DNA of 64,000 bases from Treponema sp. (GTDB lineage: Bacteria; Spirochaetota; Spirochaetia; Treponematales; Breznakiellaceae), in the NCBI GenBank assembly GCA_031276965.1, contig JAISMC010000051.1, positions 2,427 through 66,426 on the forward strand, written 5' to 3'. Within the stretch, counting starts at the first letter, position 1. Each line of letters starts with the position of its first letter. The position numbers were made by a program, and so were the translations under genes. Shown in pieces: positions 17,894 through 27,106 of this stretch. The notes beneath the pieces are model-generated. The model did not search any database. It was not told the DNA's origin and worked only from the letters and a program-made list of their open reading frames with translations.

Positions 17894-18589
17894 TCAATCT
17901 AATTCAAATTCTCCGTCGTACTCAAGTACATCCTCCGAACCGGCGGAAACCCCCTGGGCGTCATCGGGATTAGCCTGCAGGGAGGCGGAAACCTCGTCCA
18001 GCAGCCGCTTCCGCCGTTCCGCCGCCTCCTGGGCTTCCGCCTCCGCCAGCCGCTTCTGCCGTTCTTCGGCGGCAAATTCCTCCAAAATAAAGGCGATGAG
18101 CCTTTCTACCTGGGGCCGTTTCGGAGACCGGGGTTCCAGAGTAAGGTATTGCTCATAATCGGCGGCTGCCTCTCTGAGGGTTCCCCCACTTACCCTGGCA
18201 TTGGCCCGGTTAAGGTAGGCCGAAGCATAGGACGAATCCGTCTCGATGGCCTGGGTATAGTACTGCTCCGCCAGGGCGGTATTCCCCTTCATGGTATAAA
18301 CATTGCCCAGATTATAGGCAACCCGGGCGGTTTCGTTCCCCGCCTTGGGCAGGGCCTTGCGGTACACCGCCACCGCCTCGTCAAGCCGTCCCAGCTGCTG
18401 ATAGGCAATGCCCAGGTAGAGAAAGGTCTTGATATTCGAAGGGTCCTCGCCAAGGGAAGCTTCCAGGAACGCCGCGGCTTCCTGGGGCTTATTCCGCAGA
18501 AAAAGCTCTTCTCCCCGGACAAAGGCGTTTTGAGCCTGAACAAGAGAGGCGGAAAGGGTCAGGATCATCCATAATACCGGCTTTTTCAT
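17894..18589 (-). CDS. secreted TPR-repeat protein
   Basis: Signal peptide MKKPVLWMILTLSASLVQAQ, TPR units and an acidic C-terminus. Confidence 0.75.
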   Translation of the reverse strand: MKKPVLWMILTLSASLVQAQNAFVRGEELFLRNKPQEAAAFLEASLGEDPSNIKTFLYLGIAYQQLGRLDEAVAVYRKALPKAGNETARVAYNLGNVYTMKGNTALAEQYYTQAIETDSSYASAYLNRANARVSGGTLREAAADYEQYLTLEPRSPKRPQVERLIAFILEEFAAEERQKRLAEAEAQEAAERRKRLLDEVSASLQANPDDAQGVSAGSEDVLEYDGEFELD

Positions 18590-18673
18590 CGTACATCACT
18601 CCCTGGGCTTTGACAGAACGGATTAAAGCAATTAATCTTCATATATAATATAGTCTGAAGAACGGAAAAAGTC

Positions 18674-20059
18674 ATGACTTTGATTATCGCTGCCATTATT
18701 ATCCTCGGTGTAGGCATTGGATTTCTGGTCTTCTTTGTAGTCAGATCCCTGGCCGTCCCCAAACGGGTGGATGCCCTGGCGGATCTCATTAAGCGGGGCA
18801 AAATCCAAACCGCCATTAAGTCTGCCAGGGCCATCATCGCCAGGAATCAGCGGAACGCCGAAGCCCACTACTATTTGGGAAAGGCCTATCTGGCAGACGG
18901 CAAGGCCGAACTGGCCCTGCTGGAATTCAAGGCGGTTAACCAAATCGGTATCCTGGAACACCACATCCCCGAATTAGATTTTCGGCAGAATTTAGCCCAG
19001 CTCTTTATCCGTTTTAATCAGCCCGAAGAGGCCTTAAAGGAGTATCTCCTGCTGATAAAACTGGCCCCCAACAAGGCGGAATATTACTACTGGGCGGGGA
19101 AGCTTTTTTCCGAACGCAACCGCACGGATATGGCGGCAAACTACCTTAGAAAAGCCGCGGAGCTGAACCCCAAGGACGGCAAGATCCATTACGAGCTGGG
19201 GGTTATGCTCTACAAGGAAAAAAAAGCGGGCGAAGCCAGGGCGGAACTGGAAAGCGCTCTAAAGGCTCAGCCCGACAATGCCCAGGCCTACTACTACCTG
19301 GGGAAGCTCCAGAAAGATTCCAAGGATTATACTATCGCCATAGGTTCCTTTGAAAAGGCCGCCCGGGATCCCCAGTTTAAGATAAAGGCCCTGGTGGAAC
19401 GGGGGGGCTGCTATATGGCCCTTAAAGCGGCGGATAAGGCGATTCCCGAATTCGACCGGGCCGTGCGGGCCATCACCGACGAATCAAGCCAGGATGCCCT
19501 CTATGCCCGCTATTTCCTGGCCCTGTGCTACGAAAAAAACCGGGAACTGGACAAAGCCATCGCCCAATGGGACAAGATCTATGCGATAAAGAAGAATTTC
19601 CGGGATGTGGGGGAAAAGCTTTCCCAGTACCAGGAGCTCCGTTCCGACGACAAAATGAAGGATTATCTTACCTCGTCCCAGCAGGAATTTATCGAACTCT
19701 GCAGCGCCATTGCCGTCCAGGCCATGGCCCTCCAGGTAAAGGGGTCTAAATCCATTCCCAACGGCTGCGAGCTCATCGCCGTCGAAAATGATTCCGCCAA
19801 ATGGAAGAACGCCCGCAAGATGCCCCGGCTGCTACGGTTTTACCGCATGCCCGAAATGGTAGAGGAGCCCCAGCTCCGGGCCCTGCTGGACGATACCAAG
19901 GCCCAGAACATGATCCAGGGGGCGGCGGTAACCAGTTCCGGCTTTTCCCGGTCCGCCCAGGAATTTGCCAATTCCCGGCCTCTGGAACTGTATAACAAGG
20001 AAAAACTTCAGGAGATGCTGCAACACGTGGAGCTTAAAGAAACCAAGCGGCGTTCATGA
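18674..20059 (+). CDS. membrane-anchored TPR protein with C-terminal Mrr-like (restriction endonuclease fold) domain
   Basis: N-terminal TM helix and TPR repeats. The C-terminal ~130 aa (EFIELCSAIA...GAAVTSSGFSRSAQEFA...ELYNKEKLQEML) matches the Mrr_cat pattern, but the catalytic D/ExK positions look degenerate. Confidence 0.7.
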   Translation: MTLIIAAIIILGVGIGFLVFFVVRSLAVPKRVDALADLIKRGKIQTAIKSARAIIARNQRNAEAHYYLGKAYLADGKAELALLEFKAVNQIGILEHHIPELDFRQNLAQLFIRFNQPEEALKEYLLLIKLAPNKAEYYYWAGKLFSERNRTDMAANYLRKAAELNPKDGKIHYELGVMLYKEKKAGEARAELESALKAQPDNAQAYYYLGKLQKDSKDYTIAIGSFEKAARDPQFKIKALVERGGCYMALKAADKAIPEFDRAVRAITDESSQDALYARYFLALCYEKNRELDKAIAQWDKIYAIKKNFRDVGEKLSQYQELRSDDKMKDYLTSSQQEFIELCSAIAVQAMALQVKGSKSIPNGCELIAVENDSAKWKNARKMPRLLRFYRMPEMVEEPQLRALLDDTKAQNMIQGAAVTSSGFSRSAQEFANSRPLELYNKEKLQEMLQHVELKETKRRS

Positions 20060-20739
20060 AAATTCTCTGCGTGTCGGATCAAATTGATCCCCTGGTATAC
20101 TCCGCTTCTATCAGGGAACGTTTTTCCGATATGGATCTGGTTCTCAGCGCCGGCGACCTTCCCCTGGACTACCTGGAATTCATCGTCTCCAGCCTTAACA
20201 GGCCCCTCTTCTTTGTATTCGGCAATCATAACCTCAGGGGGTTCCACCGTTTTGTCCGTCCCGGCGGCGATTCCCTGCGGAACGATTACGGGCTGCAGCC
20301 CGGCGCAGGGGCCGTCCACGTGGGGTCCAGGGTAAAGCGGGAGGAGGGGCTGATCATTGCGGGGCTGGGGGGATCCATGATGTACAACAAAGGGGAGAAT
20401 CAGTACACCGAATTGGGGATGCTGATGGAGATTATCAGGCTTCTTCCCGCCCTGATCATCAACCGGATCTTCCGGGGCCGTTTTCTGGATCTGCTCCTTA
20501 CCCACGCCGCCCCCAGGGGCATTCACGACAAGGAGGATCCCTGTCACCGGGGCTTTAAGGTTTTCCTGTGGTTTATGCGCATCTTCAGGCCCCGGTATCT
20601 GGTTCACGGCCACATTCATCTGTACGATCACGGGGATGTGCGGAGCACCAGATATGAGGATACTGTGGTGATAAACGCCTACAGCCATTACATTATTGAT
20701 ACGGAAGAAAGAACGGCTTCGCAGGATATGGTACGATGA
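20056..20739 (+). CDS. metallophosphoesterase (calcineurin-like), atypical motif I
   Basis: Motifs GDL, GNHN, THAAPRG and VHGHIH are present. Motif I reads SDQID, with no His at the DxH position. The ATGA start overlaps the upstream stop. Confidence 0.75.
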   Translation: MKILCVSDQIDPLVYSASIRERFSDMDLVLSAGDLPLDYLEFIVSSLNRPLFFVFGNHNLRGFHRFVRPGGDSLRNDYGLQPGAGAVHVGSRVKREEGLIIAGLGGSMMYNKGENQYTELGMLMEIIRLLPALIINRIFRGRFLDLLLTHAAPRGIHDKEDPCHRGFKVFLWFMRIFRPRYLVHGHIHLYDHGDVRSTRYEDTVVINAYSHYIIDTEERTASQDMVR

Positions 20740-21638
20740 ACAGCTTTTTAAAAATGCAGGTAGCGGAAGATTTTTCCAAGGCGCGGATCAAGGCGGTCTT
20801 TTCCAGGATACAGCACTTTATGCATCTGGACCGGGACCGGCTTCTGTCTTTCAATACGGTAAAAGAGATACTGAAACCCAAAAACCAATCGTATAAGGGC
20901 ATGCAGGTAATACCCATCAGCCTGATCGTGGGAAGCGAAGGCCGGTACCGGGACTTTAACAAATATTTTCTCCCCAATTCGGATCATCTCCGCAGCCGCT
21001 GGGAACGGGTGGACGAAGCCCATCACCGGTCTATCATCCTGCCTCCGATTCAGCTTTATGAAATCGGGGGAGTTTATTTTGTACGGGACGGCAATCACCG
21101 GGTTTCCGTAGCAAAGACCCAGGGCATGGAGTCCATCGACGCCGAAGTTACCAGCCTTTCCAGCGAGATCCGGATCTCCCCGGATATGACCGTGGACGAA
21201 CTGCGGGATGCCCTGCTGCAAAAGGAAAAGGAAACCTTTTACGAGGAAACCAAATTCGGAGAACTGACCGGCTGTTACGATATGGATTTCAGCGCTCCCG
21301 GCCGCTACGATGTAATCTACAATCATATCCTGGTACATAAATACTATCTTAACCAAAAGGTAACCGGGGAGATCCCCTTCTCCGACGCCCTGGTTTCCTG
21401 GTATAATAATGTCTACGAGCCTATCGTTCAGATTATCAAGGAAGAACGGCTCTATACGCATTTTCAGGGAAGAAGTCCCAGCGATCTCTATGTTTGGATC
21501 GTAAAGTACTGGGATATGCTGAAAAAAAAACACGGAAAGTATTCCCTTTCCGATGCGGCCAGGGACTTTGCCGGAAGGTACGGCCGCCGGAAAGATTTTT
21601 TCGCAGACCTGTTTAAGCGGTTTTTCAAGAAACAATGA
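20736..21638 (+). CDS. ParB/sulfiredoxin-like domain protein (DGNHR motif)
   Basis: IVGSEGRYRDF...LPPIQLYEIGGVYFVRDGNHRVSVAK. The ATGA start overlaps the upstream stop. Confidence 0.7.
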   Translation: MNSFLKMQVAEDFSKARIKAVFSRIQHFMHLDRDRLLSFNTVKEILKPKNQSYKGMQVIPISLIVGSEGRYRDFNKYFLPNSDHLRSRWERVDEAHHRSIILPPIQLYEIGGVYFVRDGNHRVSVAKTQGMESIDAEVTSLSSEIRISPDMTVDELRDALLQKEKETFYEETKFGELTGCYDMDFSAPGRYDVIYNHILVHKYYLNQKVTGEIPFSDALVSWYNNVYEPIVQIIKEERLYTHFQGRSPSDLYVWIVKYWDMLKKKHGKYSLSDAARDFAGRYGRRKDFFADLFKRFFKKQ

Positions 21639-21705
21639 ACCTCCCCGCCCTGAAGATCCCTCGCCGAAAGGCGGGTCCTTGGATATTAGACCCCACTGCG
21701 AATAA
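21633..21705. repeat. copy D (full-length reference) of intergenic repeat family 1
   Basis: CAATGAACCTCCCCGCCCTGAAGATCCCTCGCCGAAAGGCGGGTCCTTGGATATTAGACCCCACTGCGAATAAA. The first 23 nt are identical to 9155-9177. The remainder is about 90 % identical to 9284-9344. Confidence 0.75.
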
Positions 21706-21848
21706 AACAAGCCCTTTGGCGTATCCGATAGCAATATAACGGTCCTCCTTTTGGCCATGGACTTCATCGTACAGAAAAAACCCTTGGGGGGGTCCATGGC
21801 CGATCGGCTTGTTCAAAACGAACCTTGTGTTTTCTGATGTTTGAGCTG

Positions 21849-21873
21849 ATTTCAAAATTGGTTGTTTTGAAAT
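21849..21873. repeat. palindromic box family 2, copy R3
   Basis: ATTTCAAAA-ttggttg-TTTTGAAAT is a perfect 9-bp inverted repeat. It lies upstream of the sugar-binding protein gene. Confidence 0.5.
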
Positions 21874-22090
21874 TAACCCTTGGAAAAACCGGTCAAAAAG
21901 GGCCATGGGCGGCTTCGGCAGCTGCCGCCGTCAAGGTCCGGGAACAGGACGCCGGAGTATAGTTCATATAACCTCAAAAAAGAAATTTTTTACCATACTC
22001 CATAAAAAATTAACTATACGGGACAAAAAAGGAAGGGTACAATTCTCTGAACGATCCGAAGGATCGAAAAAGAACGATGGAGGACAGAAT

Positions 22091-23188
22091 ATGAAAAAGA
22101 TTGCGTTAATGCTTGTAACGCTCTTCGCGGTTTCCGCGCTGGTATTCGCCGCAGGCGGTGGACAGCAGCCGGGCGGACAGGCCGGGGGTAAGGTGCAGAT
22201 TGCCCTGCTTATGCGGAATATGGACGAGCAGTTTCTCAAGGATTATTCCGAAAGCGTGCGGAAACTGGCCGCCGCAAAAGGGGTAGATCTGAACGTTCAG
22301 GACGCCCGGAGTGACGGCGCCACCCAGCTTACTCAGCTTCAAACGCTGCTCAACCAGGGCTACAAGTACTTTGTGATCATCCCCTGTGTTTCGGAACTTT
22401 CCGAGCAGATGAATCAGCTTATTGCCGAACGGGGCGGAGCTGCGGCCTATTCCAATATTCAGCCCACGGTGGCGGCCCTCAAGGTGGGAAAAAATTTCTT
22501 CTACGCATCTTCCCCCGAATTTGTGGGCGGGCGCTTCCAGGGCCAGATCATCGCCGATTACTTCGACAAGTATCCCGATAAGGCTCCCGGCAAGGCGCTG
22601 AACATGCTCCTCATCCTGGGGCAGCTGGGTCATCCCGCCCAGATTAACCGGGAAGCGGGGCTCCTTTCGGAACTTAAAAACAGGGGATACACCGTTAATA
22701 TCGTAGCCCGGGACACGGCGAACTGGACCCCCGATCAATCCCAGCAGAAGATGGATGCATGGATCGGCGCTTACCGGGGAAAATTTAATGTCGTGGCCGC
22801 TCAGAATGACGGCATGGCCCTGGGCGCGGTGGAATCCCTGATACAGAACGGCTTTACCAAAAGTAACGCCAGCGACGGTACGATCCTTACCGTTCCGGTC
22901 CTGGGGATTGACGCTACCGGGGAAGCCCTCAACTCCATGAAGGAGAACAAACTCTACGCCACAGTCCTGCAGGACGCCGTGGGTCAGTCTTCGGCAGCCT
23001 TTGATGTGATCTATCAGTTGGCGACCGGCGCCTACAAAACAGGAAATGCCGCCGGCGGAACTCCCGCGGCTACCGCGCCAATCGATGAAGCTCCGGCCAA
23101 TGATGCCGCCATCATCGGACAGTGCTACCTGGTTCCTTTTGTTCCGGTAACAAAAGATTCAGATTACTATAAGGCCAACGTAAAATAA
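22091..23188 (+). CDS. sugar ABC transporter substrate-binding protein (MglB/RbsB-type periplasmic binding protein)
   Basis: Start set at the ATG preceded by GGAGGA. Signal peptide MKKIALMLVTLFAVSALVFA. Type I periplasmic binding-protein pattern. Confidence 0.8.
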   Translation: MKKIALMLVTLFAVSALVFAAGGGQQPGGQAGGKVQIALLMRNMDEQFLKDYSESVRKLAAAKGVDLNVQDARSDGATQLTQLQTLLNQGYKYFVIIPCVSELSEQMNQLIAERGGAAAYSNIQPTVAALKVGKNFFYASSPEFVGGRFQGQIIADYFDKYPDKAPGKALNMLLILGQLGHPAQINREAGLLSELKNRGYTVNIVARDTANWTPDQSQQKMDAWIGAYRGKFNVVAAQNDGMALGAVESLIQNGFTKSNASDGTILTVPVLGIDATGEALNSMKENKLYATVLQDAVGQSSAAFDVIYQLATGAYKTGNAAGGTPAATAPIDEAPANDAAIIGQCYLVPFVPVTKDSDYYKANVK

Positions 23189-23228
23189 CGCGTCGTTGAG
23201 CCCCGCCGTTCCGCGGCGGGAGACTTCC

Positions 23229-23259
23229 GGGGAATGTAAAACCGGATTTTACATTCCCC
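23229..23259 (+). terminator. strong intra-operon hairpin 1
   Basis: GGGGAATGTAAAA-ccgga-TTTTACATTCCCC is a 13-bp perfect stem. It lies after the binding-protein gene. Confidence 0.55.
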
Positions 23260-23294
23260 CGCCTTTTAGCATTTAGGCCGGTTATAAAAAGCAG

Positions 23295-23326
23295 CGCTGT
23301 CCGGAAACAAAATTTTCCGGACAGCG
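23295..23326 (+). terminator. strong intra-operon hairpin 2
   Basis: CGCTGTCCGGAAA-caaaat-TTTCCGGACAGCG is a 13-bp perfect stem followed by TTGTTGG. Confidence 0.55.
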
Positions 23327-23424
23327 TTGTTGGTATGCTTTCAAACTGTACTTTTGTACTTTAAAAGCGTTCGTTATAAGGACAACACCCGGCCTCAGGA
23401 CGGGGAGCGTCATTTGGAGAAGTA

Positions 23425-24930
23425 ATGGCAGATACATCTTATGTCATTGAGATGATGGGAGTTACAAAGCAGTTTCCCGGGGTCCTTGCGCTGGACAATG
23501 TTGATTTTAAGGTCCTGCCCGGGACAGTACATGCCCTGATGGGGGAAAACGGCGCCGGGAAGTCCACGCTGATGAAGTGTCTCTTCGGTATTTACAAGAT
23601 GGACGAGGGAAAGATAATCCTCAATGGTAAAGAATGTACGTTTAACAGCGCCGCCGACGCCATGGCCGCAGGGGTTTCGATGATACACCAGGAACTGTCT
23701 AATGTTCCCCAGCGTTCAGTCGCCCAGAATATCTGGCTGGGCCGGGAACCCGTTAATAAGCTGCGCCTTATCGATCACAAAAAGATGTTCCGGGATACCA
23801 AGACCCTGCTGGAGGGGCTCAATTTTAATTTCGATTCTGCGGCCAAGATGAGCAGCCTCTCCATTAGCCACCAGCAGGGCTGTGAAATAGCCAAGGCGGT
23901 TTCCTATAACGCCCAGGTGGTGGTTATGGATGAACCGACCAGCTCTTTAACGGAAAATGAAGTCGCCCACCTCTTCGAGATTATCCGGGACCTCCGTTCC
24001 AAAGGGGTAGCGATCATATACATATCTCACAAGATGGAAGAGATCTTTCAAATTGCCGATTCCGTGACGGTTATGCGGGATGGACGGGTAATCGGCACTT
24101 ACCCGGTAAAGGAATTAAACGGAGATAGGCTTATATCCCTCATGGTGGGCCGGGACACTACCCACCGTTTTCCCCCGGTAGAATCCGAGATCGGGGAGAT
24201 ATGCCTTGAAGTTAAGAACCTGAGCGCTGCAAATCCCCGGTCCTTCAAAAATATAAGCTTTGAACTCTACAAGGGGGAGATCCTTGGCATCGGGGGGCTC
24301 GTGGGGGCCCAGCGGACGGAACTGGTGGAAGCCATTTTCGGCGTCAGGGCGGTAGAAAGCGGAGAGGTGCTGGTCCACGGAAAACCTCTAAAAAAGATCA
24401 CCCCCCAATGCGCTATACAATCCGGGCTGGCCCTGGTTACCGAGGATCGCCGTAATTCCGGCATCTTTCCCCTGATGGACGTTACCGCCAATACTTCCAT
24501 CGCCTCCCTGGAGAACTATACGACCCGGATCGGCCTGCTGGATCATAGGACATTAAATAAGGTCGCCCTTAAACAGAATCAACAGCTTAAAACCAAAACC
24601 CCCAGCATGGGCACCCTGGTTCAGAATCTTTCCGGCGGAAACCAGCAGAAGGTGATCCTCAGCCGCTGGCTTATGACCCTGCCGGACATTCTCATCATGG
24701 ATGAACCAACCCGGGGCATCGACGTAGGGGCCAAGTATGAGATATATACGATTATGGCGGAGCTGGCAAAGCAGGGTAAAGCTATCATCATGGTGTCCAG
24801 TGAAATGCCGGAACTTATCGGCATGAGCCACCGGGTTCTGGTACTCTGCGCGGGACGGCTTACGGGCGCCCTCAAGAGGGAAGAAGCCACCCAGGAAGCT
24901 ATTATGCGTTTTGCCACTCAATTTGCGTAA
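23425..24930 (+). CDS. sugar ABC transporter ATP-binding protein (duplicated ABC domains, MglA/RbsA-type)
   Basis: 501 aa with GENGAGKST, LSGGNQQKV and two ABC cassettes. Confidence 0.9.
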   Translation: MADTSYVIEMMGVTKQFPGVLALDNVDFKVLPGTVHALMGENGAGKSTLMKCLFGIYKMDEGKIILNGKECTFNSAADAMAAGVSMIHQELSNVPQRSVAQNIWLGREPVNKLRLIDHKKMFRDTKTLLEGLNFNFDSAAKMSSLSISHQQGCEIAKAVSYNAQVVVMDEPTSSLTENEVAHLFEIIRDLRSKGVAIIYISHKMEEIFQIADSVTVMRDGRVIGTYPVKELNGDRLISLMVGRDTTHRFPPVESEIGEICLEVKNLSAANPRSFKNISFELYKGEILGIGGLVGAQRTELVEAIFGVRAVESGEVLVHGKPLKKITPQCAIQSGLALVTEDRRNSGIFPLMDVTANTSIASLENYTTRIGLLDHRTLNKVALKQNQQLKTKTPSMGTLVQNLSGGNQQKVILSRWLMTLPDILIMDEPTRGIDVGAKYEIYTIMAELAKQGKAIIMVSSEMPELIGMSHRVLVLCAGRLTGALKREEATQEAIMRFATQFA

Positions 24931-24939
24931 GGGAGATAT

Positions 24940-25929
24940 GTGATGAAAAATTTCAAGCAGTATTTAAGCAAGTATACCACCTTCTTTACCTTTGTTTTTC
25001 TGGTTTTTGTTTTGGCGATCCTTACAAAGGGTCAGGCTCTGAGCTGGGCTTCAATTAAAACTCTCGTGATAGCGGAAGCGGTCAGGGCTTTTGCTTCGCT
25101 GGGGGTGGGGATGATCATCATCACCAAGGGGATAGACCTTTCTATCGGCTATGTGGTGTGTCTTACCGCTTCGGTGGCGGCTTCCTTTGCCCAGGTTCCC
25201 ACCTATGAATCGGCCCTCTACTACGGCCATTCCTTTCCCCTGATTATTCCCATTGTGGCGGGCATTCTGGCCGGAGGACTCTTTGGGCTCTTCAACGGCG
25301 TCCTGGTAGCTTACGGGCGGCTTCCCCCCTTTATCGCTACCTTGGGGACCATGTCCATTGCCCGGGGCATTCAGCTTATCTATACCAAGGCCGCCATAGT
25401 CGGTTCTTTGACCACCGAATTTAAGGCCCTGGCTCAAAATTCCGTAGGTCCCGCATTCTTCTCGTTTCCCTACCTCGGCGTCTATGTGGTGGCTATCTCT
25501 TTCGTTATCTGGGTACTGCTTAAGCATACCAGGCAGGGGACCCATTTCTACGCCATTGGCGGCAACGCCCAGGCCGCCAGGGTTTCGGGAATCAACGTGG
25601 AGCGGGATCTGATGTGCGTATACCTCTATGCGGGGCTTCTCTACGGCTGCGCCGGGGTGCTCCAGGCGGGCCGGCTCGGCCTGGCCAACGCCCTCACCGC
25701 CAACGGCATGGAACTGGACGCCATCGCCGCGGTTACCGTGGGCGGGGTTTCCCAGAACGGCGGGGTCGGAACCATGGGGGGCATGATCATCGGGGTCTTT
25801 ACCATGGGACTTATCAACTATGGGATGAGCTTCCTCTCGATAGATTCCTATTATCAATTACTGGTAAAAGGCGCTATAATAATCGTCGCGGTCTATTTTG
25901 ATATGAAGAAATATGCCCGCCGCGCATAG
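24940..25929 (+). CDS. sugar ABC transporter permease (MglC/RbsC-type)
   Basis: 329-aa polytopic protein with the GIDLSIGY and AIAAVTVGG patterns. The start is GTG 24940 or ATG 24943. Confidence 0.9.
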   Translation: MMKNFKQYLSKYTTFFTFVFLVFVLAILTKGQALSWASIKTLVIAEAVRAFASLGVGMIIITKGIDLSIGYVVCLTASVAASFAQVPTYESALYYGHSFPLIIPIVAGILAGGLFGLFNGVLVAYGRLPPFIATLGTMSIARGIQLIYTKAAIVGSLTTEFKALAQNSVGPAFFSFPYLGVYVVAISFVIWVLLKHTRQGTHFYAIGGNAQAARVSGINVERDLMCVYLYAGLLYGCAGVLQAGRLGLANALTANGMELDAIAAVTVGGVSQNGGVGTMGGMIIGVFTMGLINYGMSFLSIDSYYQLLVKGAIIIVAVYFDMKKYARRA

Positions 25930-25968
25930 GCACAAAAATTCAGCGGAACCCAGGCTTAGGAGGAGATT

Positions 25969-27030
25969 ATGCAGGGAACAATGAAGGGCGCTTACCTTCC
26001 CGGAAACAGTACGGTGGTTTTGAAAGATGTCCCGGTTCCAGTCCCCGGACACGGACAGGTGCTGGTCAAGATGAAGGCCTGTACCATCTGCGGCAGCGAT
26101 ATCAGGGCCATTTACCGGGAACATCTGGGGAAAGGTCCCGAAGGATACCAGAATGTTATTGCGGGACATGAGCCCTGCGGACAGGTCGTGGAAGAAGGTC
26201 CCGGAATCAGGCGTTTTAAGAAAGGTTCCCGGGTGATTGTGTATCATATATCCGGCTGCGGGGTCTGCCATGACTGCCGCATGGGTTATATGATCTCCTG
26301 CTCCTCCCCTTTGCGGGCGGCCTACGGCTGGCAGCGGGACGGCGGCATGGCGGAATACATCCTCTGCGACGAAAAGGATCTGGTGGAACTTCCCGGTGCG
26401 TTAAGTTATGCCGACGGCGCCCAGGTAGCCTGCGGTTTTGGTACGGTCTACGAGGCAATCTACAAGGTCGGTGTCAGCGGCGCGGATAATGTACTGGTCG
26501 TGGGCCTTGGTCCGGTGGGACTTGCCGCCCTGATGCTCTGCAGGGCCATGGGGGCCCAGAAGCTTATCGGCATTGAGTCCAACCCTTACCGCATCGACCT
26601 GGCGAAGAAACTGAATCTGGCGGACGCCGTATTACTTGCCGGTCCCAATAATGTGGACGAGGTCAGGGACCTTACCGGCGGCAACGGAGTGGAGCGGTCC
26701 TTCGACGCTTCCGCCAGCGATCCCGGACGGCAGACTGCGATCCGGGCCGCCCGGCAGTGGGGTAAGATTGCCTTTGTGGGGGAGGGGAATACCGTAAACT
26801 TCAACCCCAGCCCGGACATCATCCATCCCCAAAAGAGCATCTACGGCAGCTGGGTAACCAGTATCTGGCTTATGGAAAACCTGGTGGAGGAGCTGGTCCG
26901 CTGGAAGATCCACCCCGATGCGCTGGTAACCCACCGTTTTCCCCTGGAAAAGGCCGATGACGCATATAAGCTTATGGCCGGGGGACAGTGCGGCAAGGTG
27001 GCGGTCTGCGCCGATGAAGAGCTGAAATGA
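25969..27030 (+). CDS. zinc-dependent alcohol/polyol dehydrogenase (MDR family)
   Basis: GHEPCGQVVEEG, structural-Zn CGVCHDC and Rossmann GLGPVGL motifs. Confidence 0.85.
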   Translation: MQGTMKGAYLPGNSTVVLKDVPVPVPGHGQVLVKMKACTICGSDIRAIYREHLGKGPEGYQNVIAGHEPCGQVVEEGPGIRRFKKGSRVIVYHISGCGVCHDCRMGYMISCSSPLRAAYGWQRDGGMAEYILCDEKDLVELPGALSYADGAQVACGFGTVYEAIYKVGVSGADNVLVVGLGPVGLAALMLCRAMGAQKLIGIESNPYRIDLAKKLNLADAVLLAGPNNVDEVRDLTGGNGVERSFDASASDPGRQTAIRAARQWGKIAFVGEGNTVNFNPSPDIIHPQKSIYGSWVTSIWLMENLVEELVRWKIHPDALVTHRFPLEKADDAYKLMAGGQCGKVAVCADEELK

Positions 27031-27106
27031 AAACCTCCCGCGTACGGAGGGGGCTTGGTACAATTCCGCGTCCGTACCGAAAAAGGGGATGGCGTGAGGA
27101 GAGTAT

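Noticed and set aside
20748-21797. 349-aa minus-strand ORF opposite the ParB-like gene, plus 21625..21906
   Set aside because: The first is a shadow ORF. The part extending past 21638 runs through the non-coding family-1 repeat.
21905-22090. 62-codon N-terminal extension of the sugar-binding protein ORF
   Set aside because: The internal ATG at 22091 has a GGAGGA RBS and starts a canonical signal peptide. The extension is Arg/Gly-rich and covers leader hairpins.
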